A DNA stretch of 64,000 bases from an uncultured delta proteobacterium (GCA_963737265.1 CAVTRY010000018.1:1-64000); one strand, 5' to 3'. Shown: positions 45,027-55,056, numbered from the stretch's first letter. Notes: generated by a model not told the origin, from the letters alone. Numbers and translations are program-made.

Positions 45027-46400
45027 CTAGGGTTCGTCGCTTTCGTCGTCCGGGTCGGGCGCCTCGCCGGAACGCTCGATGGCGCGGTAGAGCGTCCGGC
45101 GGTCGATGCCGAGCTTGGCGGCTGCTTTTTTCTTGTTGCCGCCGCTCTCGGTGAGCACGAGGGCGATGTAGCGCTTCTCGAGCTCGCCCAGGGTGGGGCG
45201 GTCGTCGATGATTCCCGCCGGCGATGCCGGCGATCCGCCGTAGACCTCGACGGGCAGGTCCGACGGCAGGACCACGTTGCCTTTGGCCACTGCCACCGCG
45301 CGTTCGATGGCATTCTCCAGCTCGCGAACGTTGCCGGGCCAACCATAGCGGCAGAGAACATCGAGGGTCTCAGGCGACACGCTGGCCTCCGCGCGGCCTT
45401 CGCGCTTGGCGACCTTGTTGAGGAAGTGGCGCACGAGAATCGGGATGTCTCCGGCTCGGTCGCGCAGCGGCGGCATGCGGACGGTGACTACGTTGATGCG
45501 AAAATAGAGGTCTTCGCGGAAGCGGCCAGCTCTCACTTCGGCCTCGAGATCGCGATTGGTGGCGCACACCAGGCGCACATCCACACGGATGGCCTCGGTG
45601 CCTCCCACTGGGCGCATTTCCCCGTCTTGCAGGACGCGCAGGATTTGCGCTTGCATCTTCGGCCCCATGTCGCCGATTTCGTCGAGGAACAAGGTGCCGC
45701 CGTTGGCGGTTTCGAATAGACCGCGCTTGGCCGCGATGGCACCCGTGAAGGCGCCGCGCGCGTGACCGAAGAGCTCCGATTCGAGCAATGACTCGGAAAG
45801 CGCAGTGCAATTGACGGGCACGAAAGGCTTGGTGGTGCGTGGCGAACGGTTATGGATGGCGCGCGCGACTAGCTCCTTGCCCGTTCCCGATTCGCCCACG
45901 ACGAGCACGGTGGCAGTCGACGGAGCGACCCTGGCGACCAGCTTGTAGACGTCGAGCATGCGCTGGCTCTTGCCCTCGATGTCGGCGACTTGGTTCTTGG
46001 GGCCATGTGCCGGGGCGGCGCCCGCCTCGGCCGACAAACGCCGCCGTTCGAGCGCGCGGGCCACGGTCAGCCGGAGCTCTTCGATGTTGAACGGCTTCGA
46101 GACGTAGTCGTAGGCGCCATGTCCGATGGCTTCCATGGCGCCGGTCACGTCCCCGAACGCGGTGATGAGGATGACCGGCGTCGCGGGCGTTCGTTCGGTA
46201 AAGGCGCGTAATACATCCAGGCCGCCCACGCGTTCCATGCGCACGTCCGACAGAACCAGGTCGTAGCGTCCGTCGGCGGCGCGCGCCACCGCGGGAGCGC
46301 CGTCGTCCACGGCCTCGACCTCGAAGCCGTCGCTGCGCAAAATCTCGCAAAGCAGGTCGCGCGCCACCGCGTCGTCTTCAACTACGAGTACCCGGGTCAT
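45027..46400 (-). CDS. Sigma54-dependent response regulator (NtrC/AtoC family)
   Basis: Receiver domain, [27 protein letters not shown], Fis HTH. Confidence 0.95.
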   Translation of the reverse strand: MTRVLVVEDDAVARDLLCEILRSDGFEVEAVDDGAPAVARAADGRYDLVLSDVRMERVGGLDVLRAFTERTPATPVILITAFGDVTGAMEAIGHGAYDYVSKPFNIEELRLTVARALERRRLSAEAGAAPAHGPKNQVADIEGKSQRMLDVYKLVARVAPSTATVLVVGESGTGKELVARAIHNRSPRTTKPFVPVNCTALSESLLESELFGHARGAFTGAIAAKRGLFETANGGTLFLDEIGDMGPKMQAQILRVLQDGEMRPVGGTEAIRVDVRLVCATNRDLEAEVRAGRFREDLYFRINVVTVRMPPLRDRAGDIPILVRHFLNKVAKREGRAEASVSPETLDVLCRYGWPGNVRELENAIERAVAVAKGNVVLPSDLPVEVYGGSPASPAGIIDDRPTLGELEKRYIALVLTESGGNKKKAAAKLGIDRRTLYRAIERSGEAPDPDDESDEP

Positions 46401-47965
46401 GCTGTTCCTCCCGTGGACAGTTTGCGCGCGCCAGACTCGCCATCGCTGGCAGCGTGCAAGGGCAGGTGGACGGTAAAGGTCGAGCCCTTGCCGGGCGTGC
46501 TTTCGACTTCGATGGATCCACCTAAGGCTTTGGCGAGCTCACGGCAGATGGCGAGGCCGAGCCCGGTGCCCTTTCCCCGCCCTTTGGTCGTGTAAAAAGG
46601 CTCGAAAATACTGCGCAGATCCTCGGGCGAAATGCCCGCGCCGGTATCGGCGACGGCGATGCTGACCCTCTCGTTTTTCACCTGCGCCGAGACCGCGACG
46701 TGGCCGTCGCGGGCGATGGCGTCGAATGCGTTGGACAGAAGATTGATGATGATCTGGCGCAGCAGTCCGGGATCGGTGACAAAGCCGGAAGGCTCGTCGG
46801 CAATTTCGATGGCCACGACGCGTTTGGAGGCCGATTCACCGCCGCCCGTGACCTCGATGGCTTCTTGCAGAAGCTGGCGCAACGAAGTAGGCTTACGATC
46901 GGGTTCAAGCCCTCGCGTCGAATCGAGATAGTCGCGCACGATGCGGCCGATGCGGGCGATTTCCCGCGTGGCTACGTCCAGGCGCTCGCGCAGGGCCGGT
47001 TGCAAATCGCGCTGCAGGAGCGCGAGCTGCAAGTGGCCCGAGACCGACGAGAGTGGGGTGCCAATTTCGTGCGCGAGTTGGGCGGCAAGCTGGCCGAGAG
47101 TGGCGAGACGGACCTTGGACGCGTTTTCCTGGCGCAGGTCATTGAGCAAGCGGTTGAGCTGGGCCAACGCCATGTTCTTGCGCGACAGATCCAGCGTCGC
47201 CAGGTCGATTTCCTGCGCCAGGCGCAGATTGAATTCGCGGATTTCGCGATTGGCGTTTGAAAGCTGGTCCAGCATCTGGTTGAAACCCAGCGAAAGCCGT
47301 CCCACCTCGTCCGGTGCCCCCATGGCAACTCGGCGGTCGAGGTCGCCACCTTCTACGTCGCGCATCGCCGTTGCCAGCGTTTCGAGCCGGCGCAAGACGA
47401 CGCGATTGATGAGAAAGCCCGTGAGCAGAACCAGGGAGATGAGGTGCGCGCTCCCCAGGATCAGCGACCAACGCTCGGTGACTTTGATAATGGATTCGAC
47501 CGGGCCTAGACTCCAGTGCATCAGCAGGTTGCCCTGCCACGGACCCTTTAAGTCTACGACTCGCTGCAAAATGTAAACGTCGCCTTCGGTAGCCTTGCGC
47601 GAATACACGATTGGCTCGCGGGGAAGCGACGACAGACGCGTGATTTCGGTGGCCTCGCCGCGCGGGGCGACGATGCGCACCGACGGCGAACTCGGAACGT
47701 CGTGCTCGACCACCAGTTGTAGCCGCTGGATGCGCGGGTGCCGGTTGATGAAGTTCGACAGGGCGATCGCGTAGTCGCGTTCCTCGGCGTCGGGCTCGAA
47801 TCGCTCCAAGTTCTGTTTGATGTCGTCCGCGATCTCGTCGGCTGACGCCTGCGCCTGCCGAGTGAGTTCGCGGCGCATAGCATAAATGCGCACCCACAGC
47901 GTGGCGCCAGCCGTCACCGCCGCGCTGGCGGCGACCAGAATCCACACTTTGCCTCGGATCGTCAC
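46397..47965 (-). CDS. HAMP sensor histidine kinase
   Basis: Two TM segments, HAMP, AHEIGTPL, NLLSNA, DTGAGI, GTGLGL. Confidence 0.93.
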   Translation of the reverse strand: MTIRGKVWILVAASAAVTAGATLWVRIYAMRRELTRQAQASADEIADDIKQNLERFEPDAEERDYAIALSNFINRHPRIQRLQLVVEHDVPSSPSVRIVAPRGEATEITRLSSLPREPIVYSRKATEGDVYILQRVVDLKGPWQGNLLMHWSLGPVESIIKVTERWSLILGSAHLISLVLLTGFLINRVVLRRLETLATAMRDVEGGDLDRRVAMGAPDEVGRLSLGFNQMLDQLSNANREIREFNLRLAQEIDLATLDLSRKNMALAQLNRLLNDLRQENASKVRLATLGQLAAQLAHEIGTPLSSVSGHLQLALLQRDLQPALRERLDVATREIARIGRIVRDYLDSTRGLEPDRKPTSLRQLLQEAIEVTGGGESASKRVVAIEIADEPSGFVTDPGLLRQIIINLLSNAFDAIARDGHVAVSAQVKNERVSIAVADTGAGISPEDLRSIFEPFYTTKGRGKGTGLGLAICRELAKALGGSIEVESTPGKGSTFTVHLPLHAASDGESGARKLSTGGTA

Positions 47966-48054
47966 GGCGCAATCCTATCCGCAATCGCTCCTGCTGCTTC
48001 GATCAGTTTCCAGGCTCACGCTCGGTGCCGGGAGCGCGCCGCAGAGCTTGGCGG

Positions 48055-48094
48055 AAAAAGAAAAGCCCCCGGAACGGTCATCCCGGGGGCTCTT
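48055..48094 (-). terminator. Rho-independent terminator after the small secreted protein gene
   Basis: Minus strand AGCCCCCGG-loop-CCGGGGGCT followed by TTTCTTTTT. Confidence 0.8.
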
Positions 48095-48158
48095 CGGGAA
48101 GAGCCAGGACGTCCGGGAAAAACCCGTCGTCCTGAGCGCTTCAAGGCGTGGAAGTCGA

Positions 48159-48341
48159 TTACTTCGCGGCCTCGCCGTCGGTCTTCTTCTCATCGGCCTT
48201 CTTGGCCTTCTTGCCCTTCTTCTTGGCCGGCTTCTCACCTTCGGCAGCAGCGGCCTTTTCTTCGCCAGCGGAGGCCAGCGAGGTGCTGGCCAACGGGATC
48301 GCGAAGGCAAGAGCGAGGAGGATAACGCGAGTGAGCTTCAT
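48159..48341 (-). CDS. Small secreted Lys/Ala/Glu-rich protein (60 aa)
   Basis: AAGGAGA RBS, signal peptide ending ASA, mature part GEEKAAAAEGEKPAKKKGKKAKKADEKK. Confidence 0.8.
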   Translation of the reverse strand: MKLTRVILLALAFAIPLASTSLASAGEEKAAAAEGEKPAKKKGKKAKKADEKKTDGEAAK

Positions 48342-48400
48342 TGGGGTCTCCTTGTTGTCTGTTTCCGTGAACCTTGCGGTCCGGTTGTTCCTCCTTCCCT

Positions 48401-48416
48401 TGCAGCGAGTGTGCCA
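48401..48416 (-). promoter_or_regulatory. Putative sigma54 promoter
   Basis: Minus strand TGGCACACTCGCTGCA (GG-N10-GC), 60 bp upstream of the ATG at 48341. Confidence 0.7.
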
Positions 48417-48523
48417 CGACAGGGAAGATTCATCTTATCAATGATCTTAGCAACTTACGCTGATCTTGTGGAAATCAGCAAGATGGGGTGTGTGGCGGTT
48501 CTGTCACCTGGCCGAGAGCGTTG

Positions 48524-48540
48524 TGAGGCAAAATGCCTCA
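48524..48540. promoter_or_regulatory. Palindrome TGAGGCA-AAA-TGCCTCA, candidate enhancer-binding site
   Basis: Perfect 7-bp inverted repeat about 110 bp upstream of the sigma54 motif. Weaker dyad GTGGCGG-TT-CTGTCAC at 48492-48507. Confidence 0.5.
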
Positions 48541-49014
48541 TTGCTTTTGCTCTGACTGGGTAAGAATGGCGATGTTCTTCGCTCCCGCCTTTTTGGCGAT
48601 AGCCATGAGGTCGACCGCCGCGCCGAGGAAGACGCTCTTGTCGCCACGCAGGAGTAGCGTTTCCGAATCCACCTCGACCAATGCCTTGTGAATTTCTTCC
48701 TCAAGGCGCGCGGGATCGATCTTGCGCGACAGAAGATAGAGCTCGTTGTTTTTGGTAACGGTGAGGACCGGGTCGGTGCGCCGCTTGGTCACCGCGCCCG
48801 CGGCATTGGCCTTCGGCAAGGCAACCTTCACGCCGGTTCGCGACGACACCTCGGATTCCACGATGGCCGTGGAAGTCACCATGAAGATAATGAGGAGCAC
48901 GAGGAAGACGTCGGTAAGCGGAGTGATGTTGATCTCCGCGACGATGGATTCTCGCGCTTCGCCCTCGGCCTCCGCGTCTGCGCTCGGGTCGTCGATTTGC
49001 ACGCTCATCGACAT
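48538..49014 (-). CDS. ExbD/TolR family protein
   Basis: EINITPLTDVFLVLLIIFMVT, LRGDK. Confidence 0.92.
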   Translation of the reverse strand: MSMSVQIDDPSADAEAEGEARESIVAEINITPLTDVFLVLLIIFMVTSTAIVESEVSSRTGVKVALPKANAAGAVTKRRTDPVLTVTKNNELYLLSRKIDPARLEEEIHKALVEVDSETLLLRGDKSVFLGAAVDLMAIAKKAGAKNIAILTQSEQKQ

Positions 49015-49027
49015 GGCATGAACCTAG

Positions 49028-49711
49028 CTAGGACGGCGGCGGACTGCCGGGCGCCTGCGCTGGCACGGCGGAGACGACACTGCCGCGGGACTTGGCGAAT
49101 TCGCCCAGGGCCAGCAGGAACTCTTCGCAGAAGACCTTATATTGAATCGCGATGGCGCCGACTTTGGCCACGAAATAGTTGTAGGCGATGATGGCGTAGA
49201 TAGCGACCAGGAGTCCGGCCGCGGTCGCGACCAAGGCGGCAGCGATCCCTTGTGAAACCACCTTGAAACCGCCCGTGCCGGCCATGGACATGGACTGGAA
49301 CGCCTTGAGGATGCCGACCACGGTGCCGAAAAGTCCAACGAAGGGCGCCGACGAGCCGACGGTGCCAAGCGCCCACAGGAATCGCCTGAAGCCAGCCAGC
49401 GCGACGACACGCTGGGAATTTACTGCCTCGGTGGTTTTGTGCGGGGTTTTGCCGAACACGCGCAGGCCGCGGCCGAACACCTCGCCCAAGGGATCAGTCC
49501 CGGTTTCGCACAGGGCGGAAGCTTTGGCTAAGTCGCCTTTCTCCACCGCCTCGACGACACGATTCTTGAACGCCTCGGATCTGGGAAGAACCTTCCACAA
49601 GGCGTAGATGCGCTCGCAGATGACTGCCATTCCGGCCACCGACCACAACAACAGCAGCAAGAGAATGGCCCACTCGTCGTGGATGAGGTTGCGTATGGTT
49701 TCCCAGGTCAT
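49028..49711 (-). CDS. MotA/TolQ/ExbB proton channel protein
   Basis: APFVGLFGTVVGI, GIAAALVATAAGLLVAI. Confidence 0.92.
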   Translation of the reverse strand: MTWETIRNLIHDEWAILLLLLLWSVAGMAVICERIYALWKVLPRSEAFKNRVVEAVEKGDLAKASALCETGTDPLGEVFGRGLRVFGKTPHKTTEAVNSQRVVALAGFRRFLWALGTVGSSAPFVGLFGTVVGILKAFQSMSMAGTGGFKVVSQGIAAALVATAAGLLVAIYAIIAYNYFVAKVGAIAIQYKVFCEEFLLALGEFAKSRGSVVSAVPAQAPGSPPPS

Positions 49712-49777
49712 TGAGTTGGCTCAGTAGGGTGCTAGCTCGGCGACGCTTTGTCCAGCTTCTCCGCTACAATGGCAACC

Positions 49778-52024
49778 ATGTCACAGCGTGGACCAGGCGC
49801 AAGGTTGCCAAGGCTGGGTCGCCAGTTGCTGGCCGCCGGCTTGATTCTCGACGCTGCCGAGCTGGTTTGCTGCGGACTTCCCCTGGTGTTGTGGATGCGG
49901 AACTTGCCGTGGGGAATGCTTTGGTTGAAGGTTGCGCTGCCCCTGACGGTGACCGCGTGGGCGGCGGCGGCGCTGCGCATGGCCTATCTGCTGCGGCCTC
50001 TTCTCGATCTTGTGACGGCGATTCGCCAGGGCGGCAAGCCCAGGCCGCCCGAGGCCGAGGTGGCCCGCCTCGCGCTTTCGCGTGCCCCGCGCGAGGTGGC
50101 GGTGGTGCACCTATTGGTGTGGGCGGCGGTCGCTGCCTCGCTTCCCCTTCACGCGGTTTTCAGGGGTGAGCGCGATCCGCTGGGCGCGGCGGCGCTGATT
50201 CAGCTTGTCCTGCTTACCTCGGCTGGGTTGGCGGCGATTCGCACCTTGGCACTCGAAATCATCATGGGACCCACGCGTCCCATTCTACTTCCGAACCTGC
50301 AGGGGATCCGGGTCTTCGCCGATCGCTACCGGGGCGCCCTGTTGGCCGTTGGGGTTGCGCTGCTTGGGCTGTGGCAGACGGTGCTGGCGTTTTTCGCTAT
50401 CACCTTGGGACAGATACCAGGTGTCGCTTTGACCTCGGGCATGTTCGCGCTGTGGCCGGTCCTGATTTTGTCGGCGTATGCCTGGTGGCGCTTGCTGCTG
50501 GCGCGTACCCGGCCTGTCGAAGAGTACTTCGATCTGGCGTTGCGAACCAAGGCGAGCAAGGGTCCGCCGCGCGACGATCCCACGGCCGTGGCCGCCTTCG
50601 TCGCCGCACAACGCACGCCCTATTCCCTGGCCATGATCCAGTCGCTCGCGTTTCTGTCCGCCGGTCTGTTTGCGGTCGTCTACTTGCGCGCCAGCCGGGA
50701 CATGCCGCTGGCGACGGCGGGTAGGCTGTTTCTCATCGTTCTTCTCGTCTCGCTGATTGCCGCCATCTACCAGACGCTGCTACTTCAGCAGATTCTTCGA
50801 CCTCTCATCCGCCATCTTGGCTCTCGGCATTCCCTTCCGCTCGAACAGGTCCGCGCGCCCTACGGGCTGCGTGCCAAGTTGGGCACGACGATGGCGTCGG
50901 CGTTGGTCGCTTCTTGCGCTTTTTTGTGGCTGCAAGGTTCCGGGCAGGTTCATTCATCTTGGGGAGTCGCACCTCTCGTCGTTGCGGCGGCGCTGATTGC
51001 CGGCATCCTGCTCCTGATCATTCGAGACGTGGTGGCGCCGCTGCGCACCCTCGAAGATCGATCCGGCGAGATGGCGAAAGGGCAGCTGGCACGGCCGGTA
51101 CCGCCGTGGGGAGAGGCGGATGAAATCGGCCGTCTGGCTGTGATTTTCGAGGAGATGCGGCGGTCATTGCGCGATCGCCTGCGCTCGACGGAATCCATCA
51201 ACGTGGATCTGGAGCGCGAGGTGCAGCGGCGAACCCTAGCCCTCGAACAGCGCAACGCCGAGCTGCACGAAGCTTTGGACAAGTTGCGGCGCGCGCAGGA
51301 CAACCTCGTGCGCAGCGAGAAGCTCGCTTCCATGGGCCGCCTGGTGGCCGGCATCGCCCACGAGATTAACAATCCCGTCAATGCCGTCATCAATTCTCTC
51401 GGACCCCTCGAAGAAATCGTGAAGCAGATTGCGACAGGCGAGGGCGGCGCCGCGGCCACGCTGGCCCAAGAGGCCGAGGAAGTCTTGGCCGTGGTGCAAC
51501 GGGGAGCCGCTCGCACCAAGGCCATCGTTCAGGCGCTGCACGGCTACGCGCGCGGCGACGATTCGGTCCAGCGCGAAGTCTGTCTGGCGCGCAGTGTGGA
51601 GGACACGCTCGGGTTGCTCCAGCATCGCTTGCGCAAGGTGAAGGTTGTGAAAGCCGTCGGCCCCGACGTGCGCATCATGGGTTTTCCGGGGCAGGTCGAT
51701 CAGGTGCTCATGAACTTGCTCACCAACGCCGCGCAGGCCATGGGCGACCGGGGCGGAACTATCGAGATCGCTGCCAGCAACCGCGACGATAGCGTGTTGC
51801 TGACCGTCGCGGACGAAGGGCCGGGAATTCCGCAAGAAATTCTGCCGCGCATTTTCGATCCGTTCTTCACCACCAAGGATGTCGGCGAAGGATCCGGTCT
51901 AGGGCTTTCCATCGTTCACGGCATCGTCGAGCGCCACGGTGGCCACATCGACGTCGACAGCCAGCTGGGCCAGGGGACCAAATTCTCGATTTCGTTCCCC
52001 CTTCCACCGTCGGGCCCGCCCTAA
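49778..52024 (+). CDS. Multi-TM HAMP sensor histidine kinase
   Basis: Many TM segments, DEIGRLA HAMP, AHEINNP, NLLTNA, DPFFTTK, GSGLGL. Confidence 0.9.
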   Translation: MSQRGPGARLPRLGRQLLAAGLILDAAELVCCGLPLVLWMRNLPWGMLWLKVALPLTVTAWAAAALRMAYLLRPLLDLVTAIRQGGKPRPPEAEVARLALSRAPREVAVVHLLVWAAVAASLPLHAVFRGERDPLGAAALIQLVLLTSAGLAAIRTLALEIIMGPTRPILLPNLQGIRVFADRYRGALLAVGVALLGLWQTVLAFFAITLGQIPGVALTSGMFALWPVLILSAYAWWRLLLARTRPVEEYFDLALRTKASKGPPRDDPTAVAAFVAAQRTPYSLAMIQSLAFLSAGLFAVVYLRASRDMPLATAGRLFLIVLLVSLIAAIYQTLLLQQILRPLIRHLGSRHSLPLEQVRAPYGLRAKLGTTMASALVASCAFLWLQGSGQVHSSWGVAPLVVAAALIAGILLLIIRDVVAPLRTLEDRSGEMAKGQLARPVPPWGEADEIGRLAVIFEEMRRSLRDRLRSTESINVDLEREVQRRTLALEQRNAELHEALDKLRRAQDNLVRSEKLASMGRLVAGIAHEINNPVNAVINSLGPLEEIVKQIATGEGGAAATLAQEAEEVLAVVQRGAARTKAIVQALHGYARGDDSVQREVCLARSVEDTLGLLQHRLRKVKVVKAVGPDVRIMGFPGQVDQVLMNLLTNAAQAMGDRGGTIEIAASNRDDSVLLTVADEGPGIPQEILPRIFDPFFTTKDVGEGSGLGLSIVHGIVERHGGHIDVDSQLGQGTKFSISFPLPPSGPP

Positions 52025-52048
52025 GCCGTCGGTTGCGGTCGTTGAGTT

Positions 52049-52744
52049 CTAAGTTGGCATCGCGTGGTCGGCCGGCCTCTTGCTGATGAAGCTGAGAACC
52101 AGCACCCAAAAACAGAGCGCGAGATTGAAAAGCGGAATTTGCAGCGGCGCTGGCAGGCAGTAGATGATGGCCACGGCCGGAAACCAAACCGCCCAAGTCG
52201 ACATGAGCGTTACCGGCACGGAGAAGGTCAGGAAGTCGACACCCAACCTCGACCGTATCGCGCTTAACGAGAAGGAACTTTCCTTCCACATGAAGGCCAG
52301 TGCCGATATCGGGGCCGACCAAAACGGATTGTAGATGAGCTGATCCACCAGCACCTTGCGCACGATCGTCCCCGGGGACGCGTGATGACCAAACATGTGC
52401 GACTGCAAGCGATAGAACAGATCGACCTCGACGCCCTTGTAGGCCCAGAAAAGCGTGTAGAAAGCGAGCTCGGCCACCCATCGATTGCGACGAATCCTTC
52501 CTTTGACCATGAGAAAGAGAAAGGGCACACAGCCGCCAAAGAGCGCCGTGGTTGTCGCCGAGAAGGCAAGACCGTAGCGGCTCTTCCATTGTCCGACGCC
52601 GTCGAAGACGGCATGGGCAGAGGGGGAGATCCGGTCCACGCAGACAAGCACGAGGGCAAGAGTCCATAACGCGAGCCCTGGCAGAGCATTTTGCTTCATA
52701 CCGGCCATTCCCGAGGCAAGGAGCTTTTTCCCGTCGAGTTTCAT
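52049..52744 (-). CDS. Mpv17/PMP22-like membrane protein
   Basis: KVLVDQLIYNP, WAVWFPA, YCLPAPLQ. Confidence 0.7.
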   Translation of the reverse strand: MKLDGKKLLASGMAGMKQNALPGLALWTLALVLVCVDRISPSAHAVFDGVGQWKSRYGLAFSATTTALFGGCVPFLFLMVKGRIRRNRWVAELAFYTLFWAYKGVEVDLFYRLQSHMFGHHASPGTIVRKVLVDQLIYNPFWSAPISALAFMWKESSFSLSAIRSRLGVDFLTFSVPVTLMSTWAVWFPAVAIIYCLPAPLQIPLFNLALCFWVLVLSFISKRPADHAMPT

Positions 52745-52827
52745 TTGCGTCCGCGCAAGAGTAACAGAGTGGTAATGATCGGTGTGCCGCCGGTGGCGAG
52801 GCTCTAACCCTCGCCGCTCGGACTGCA

Positions 52828-53334
52828 CTACCGCCGTCGCCGATACGTCTCATACGTGAAGCGCACCGGTTGGTGACTCACGCTGTCGACCCCTTCGTGG
52901 GTTTCCTCGAACAAGCGTTCCCAGTCGTTCGCATCGTAATCTGGGAAGCGCACATCACCCTCGAAATTGCGATGGACACGCGTCAAGTCGAGGACATCGG
53001 CTACCTTCATGGCGAGACGGTAGATGGTTGCGCCCCCGGTGATGAACGCCTTCCCTTCGCCCTTAGAGTGCACGTAGGCGATAGCTTCGTCGAAGTCGTG
53101 AAACAACGTGACCCCCGGCTGGTAGTCGCGATTCGACGTGAGCACGATGTTCTCGCGCCCCGGCAGCGGACGGGATGGCAGGGATTCGTAAGTTGCGCGT
53201 CCCATGATACAGGGGTGCCCGAAGGTCAAGCGCTTGAAGCGCCTGAAATCCTCGCTGATGCGCCAAGGGATGTCGTTCTTGCTGCCGATCACGCCGTTTT
53301 CGGCTACGGCGGCAATGATAATGATCTGGGTCAT
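52828..53334 (-). CDS. folA: Dihydrofolate reductase
   Basis: AENGVIG, IPWRISEDFRRFK, IMGRATY, RPLPGR, GGATIY. Confidence 0.95.
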   Translation of the reverse strand: MTQIIIIAAVAENGVIGSKNDIPWRISEDFRRFKRLTFGHPCIMGRATYESLPSRPLPGRENIVLTSNRDYQPGVTLFHDFDEAIAYVHSKGEGKAFITGGATIYRLAMKVADVLDLTRVHRNFEGDVRFPDYDANDWERLFEETHEGVDSVSHQPVRFTYETYRRRR

Positions 53335-53349
53335 GGGGATGGCACTCGT

Positions 53350-54216
53350 CTAGACGGCGATCGCGAAGGCAATCTTGGGATGGTGCCGGTACCCTTCCAC
53401 GCGCGTTTGCTCGTAGCTCCAGGAGAAGATGTCGCGCGCCCCTCCCGTGACGATGATGGGCAGCGGGTAGGGATCGCGTTGCAGCTGAAGTTGCATGCCC
53501 TCGACGTGGTTGACGTAGACGTGCGTGTCGGCCAGAAAGCCCACCAGGCGCCCTTCCGCAAGCCCCGATTCGCGGGCAAGCAGGTGAAGCAGCAAGGCGT
53601 AGCTCGCGATGTTGAAGGGCAAGCCTAGCGCGACGTCGACGCTGCGTTGGTTCCACATCAAGTTCACCTTGCCGTCGAGAACGGTCACCTGGAACCCGTA
53701 GTGGCAGGGCGGAAGCGCCATGCGGTGAAAATCGACTGGGTTCCACGCCGAGACCAGCATCCGCCGATCCTCCGGATTGGATTTGAGCCTTTCGACGAGG
53801 TTCCGCAGTTGATCGATTCCCTGCCCGCGCGGAGGCTGGTCGTGCGCAACGTACTCGGCACCGAAGTGGCGCCACTGCCAACCGTAGATCGGCCCAAGCT
53901 CGCGCTCTGCCATCATTTTGGCGCGGGTTTCGTCGTCGTGCCCGTAGGGCACGCGCTCGGGACTGCACCACTCGTCCCAGATGTGGTTGTTTCGAGAACG
54001 CAGCCACTCCTTGTCGGTGATCCCTCTGATGAAGAACTCCAGCTCCGAAGCGACCAGGCGAAACGGCACCGACTTGGTCGTCAGCAGGGGAAAGCCGGCC
54101 CCGAGATCGTGCTCGAAGATGGCCCCGGGCAGCGTCAGCGCCTCGACGCCGGTGCGGTTTGGCTTCTTGACCCCCTGATCGAGGATTCGGCGGGCGATGT
54201 CCAGGTAGGCTTGCAT
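53350..54216 (-). CDS. thyA: Thymidylate synthase
   Basis: NRTG, FPLLTTK, GPIYGWQWR, LPPCH, QRSVD, PFNIASY, HVYVNH. Confidence 0.95.
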   Translation of the reverse strand: MQAYLDIARRILDQGVKKPNRTGVEALTLPGAIFEHDLGAGFPLLTTKSVPFRLVASELEFFIRGITDKEWLRSRNNHIWDEWCSPERVPYGHDDETRAKMMAERELGPIYGWQWRHFGAEYVAHDQPPRGQGIDQLRNLVERLKSNPEDRRMLVSAWNPVDFHRMALPPCHYGFQVTVLDGKVNLMWNQRSVDVALGLPFNIASYALLLHLLARESGLAEGRLVGFLADTHVYVNHVEGMQLQLQRDPYPLPIIVTGGARDIFSWSYEQTRVEGYRHHPKIAFAIAV

Positions 54217-54235
54217 GAGCGTTTCCTGCCCCTTC

Positions 54236-54808
54236 CTAGCGCCGGGGGCGGACATCGTCTACCCCAACTCGTCGCCACGCGTAGTCTCGGCGATGTAGAA
54301 GCGATGTCGACGGGTGCTTCCCTGAAATGGGGGCTGGGGCTTCACCTCGCCCCGCGCAGGTGGGATCGGAGGGAAAAACAGGGAGGAACGGAGGACCAGA
54401 GGAATCACGGGTTGGGTTGACGAGGCGGCGGAGACCCTCGCGAAGTACGGGGACGTGGAAATTGACGAGCAGGCCCACCGGCAGTCGTAGGAGCTTGAGA
54501 TAGGTAATGACCTGTGCCAAGTGGACAGGAAGCAACTGCTCTACCGCCTTGACTTCGACGACCAAACGGCCTTCCACCATGAGGTCGAGGCGATAGCCGC
54601 AGTCGAGGTCAATGCCTTTGTACTGCAGAGGAATCGCGACCTGACGTTGCGTGCGAAATCCACGCAGGCCTAGCTCGCGCGCCAGGCAGTGCTCGTAGGC
54701 CGACTCAAGCAGCCCGGGACCGAGGTGACGGTGGACTTCGATGCAGGCGGCGATAATTTGCCCAGTAAAGTCATCCTGTCTCTGTTTCTCCGTTCCTCGC
54801 TGTTCCAT
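54236..54808 (-). CDS. GxxExxY protein (PD-(D/E)XK nuclease-like). Conserved core ends near 54416 and the ORF reads out through the element end
   Basis: HRHLGPGLLESAY, RLDLMV, VVEVKAV, AQVITYLK, GLLVNF. Confidence 0.9.
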   Translation of the reverse strand: MEQRGTEKQRQDDFTGQIIAACIEVHRHLGPGLLESAYEHCLARELGLRGFRTQRQVAIPLQYKGIDLDCGYRLDLMVEGRLVVEVKAVEQLLPVHLAQVITYLKLLRLPVGLLVNFHVPVLREGLRRLVNPTRDSSGPPFLPVFPSDPTCAGRGEAPAPISGKHPSTSLLHRRDYAWRRVGVDDVRPRR

Positions 54809-54890
54809 ATCTGCGTTTTCGGCGGCACTCCGCCAGAAGTTGCTACCTCACCGAGCCCCCGGCTGGGGCCCCCGTTTCAGGGAGGCACCC
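54312..54890. mobile_element. 579-bp transposase-less TIR element with 9-bp target-site duplication, carrying a GxxExxY gene
   Basis: TIRs 54312-54334 and 54868-54890 match at 21/23. GATGTCGAC at 54303-54311 and 54891-54899. Inner inverted repeats 54377-54401 and 54780-54804 match at 22/25. Confidence 0.8.
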
Positions 54891-55056
54891 GATGTCGACG
54901 GCAAGCTTGACGACGCAGCGATAAGAAGCATAGCTTCTGCGCCTAGAGACCAAGAATGACTGCGGGAAATGGCTAAATAGCCGGTTGTCGTGTCCGGCTT
55001 CTGGTTGACGGTTCCCCTCCTTTTTGATGGCTCCCAAGAGAAAGGAAACAAACGTG

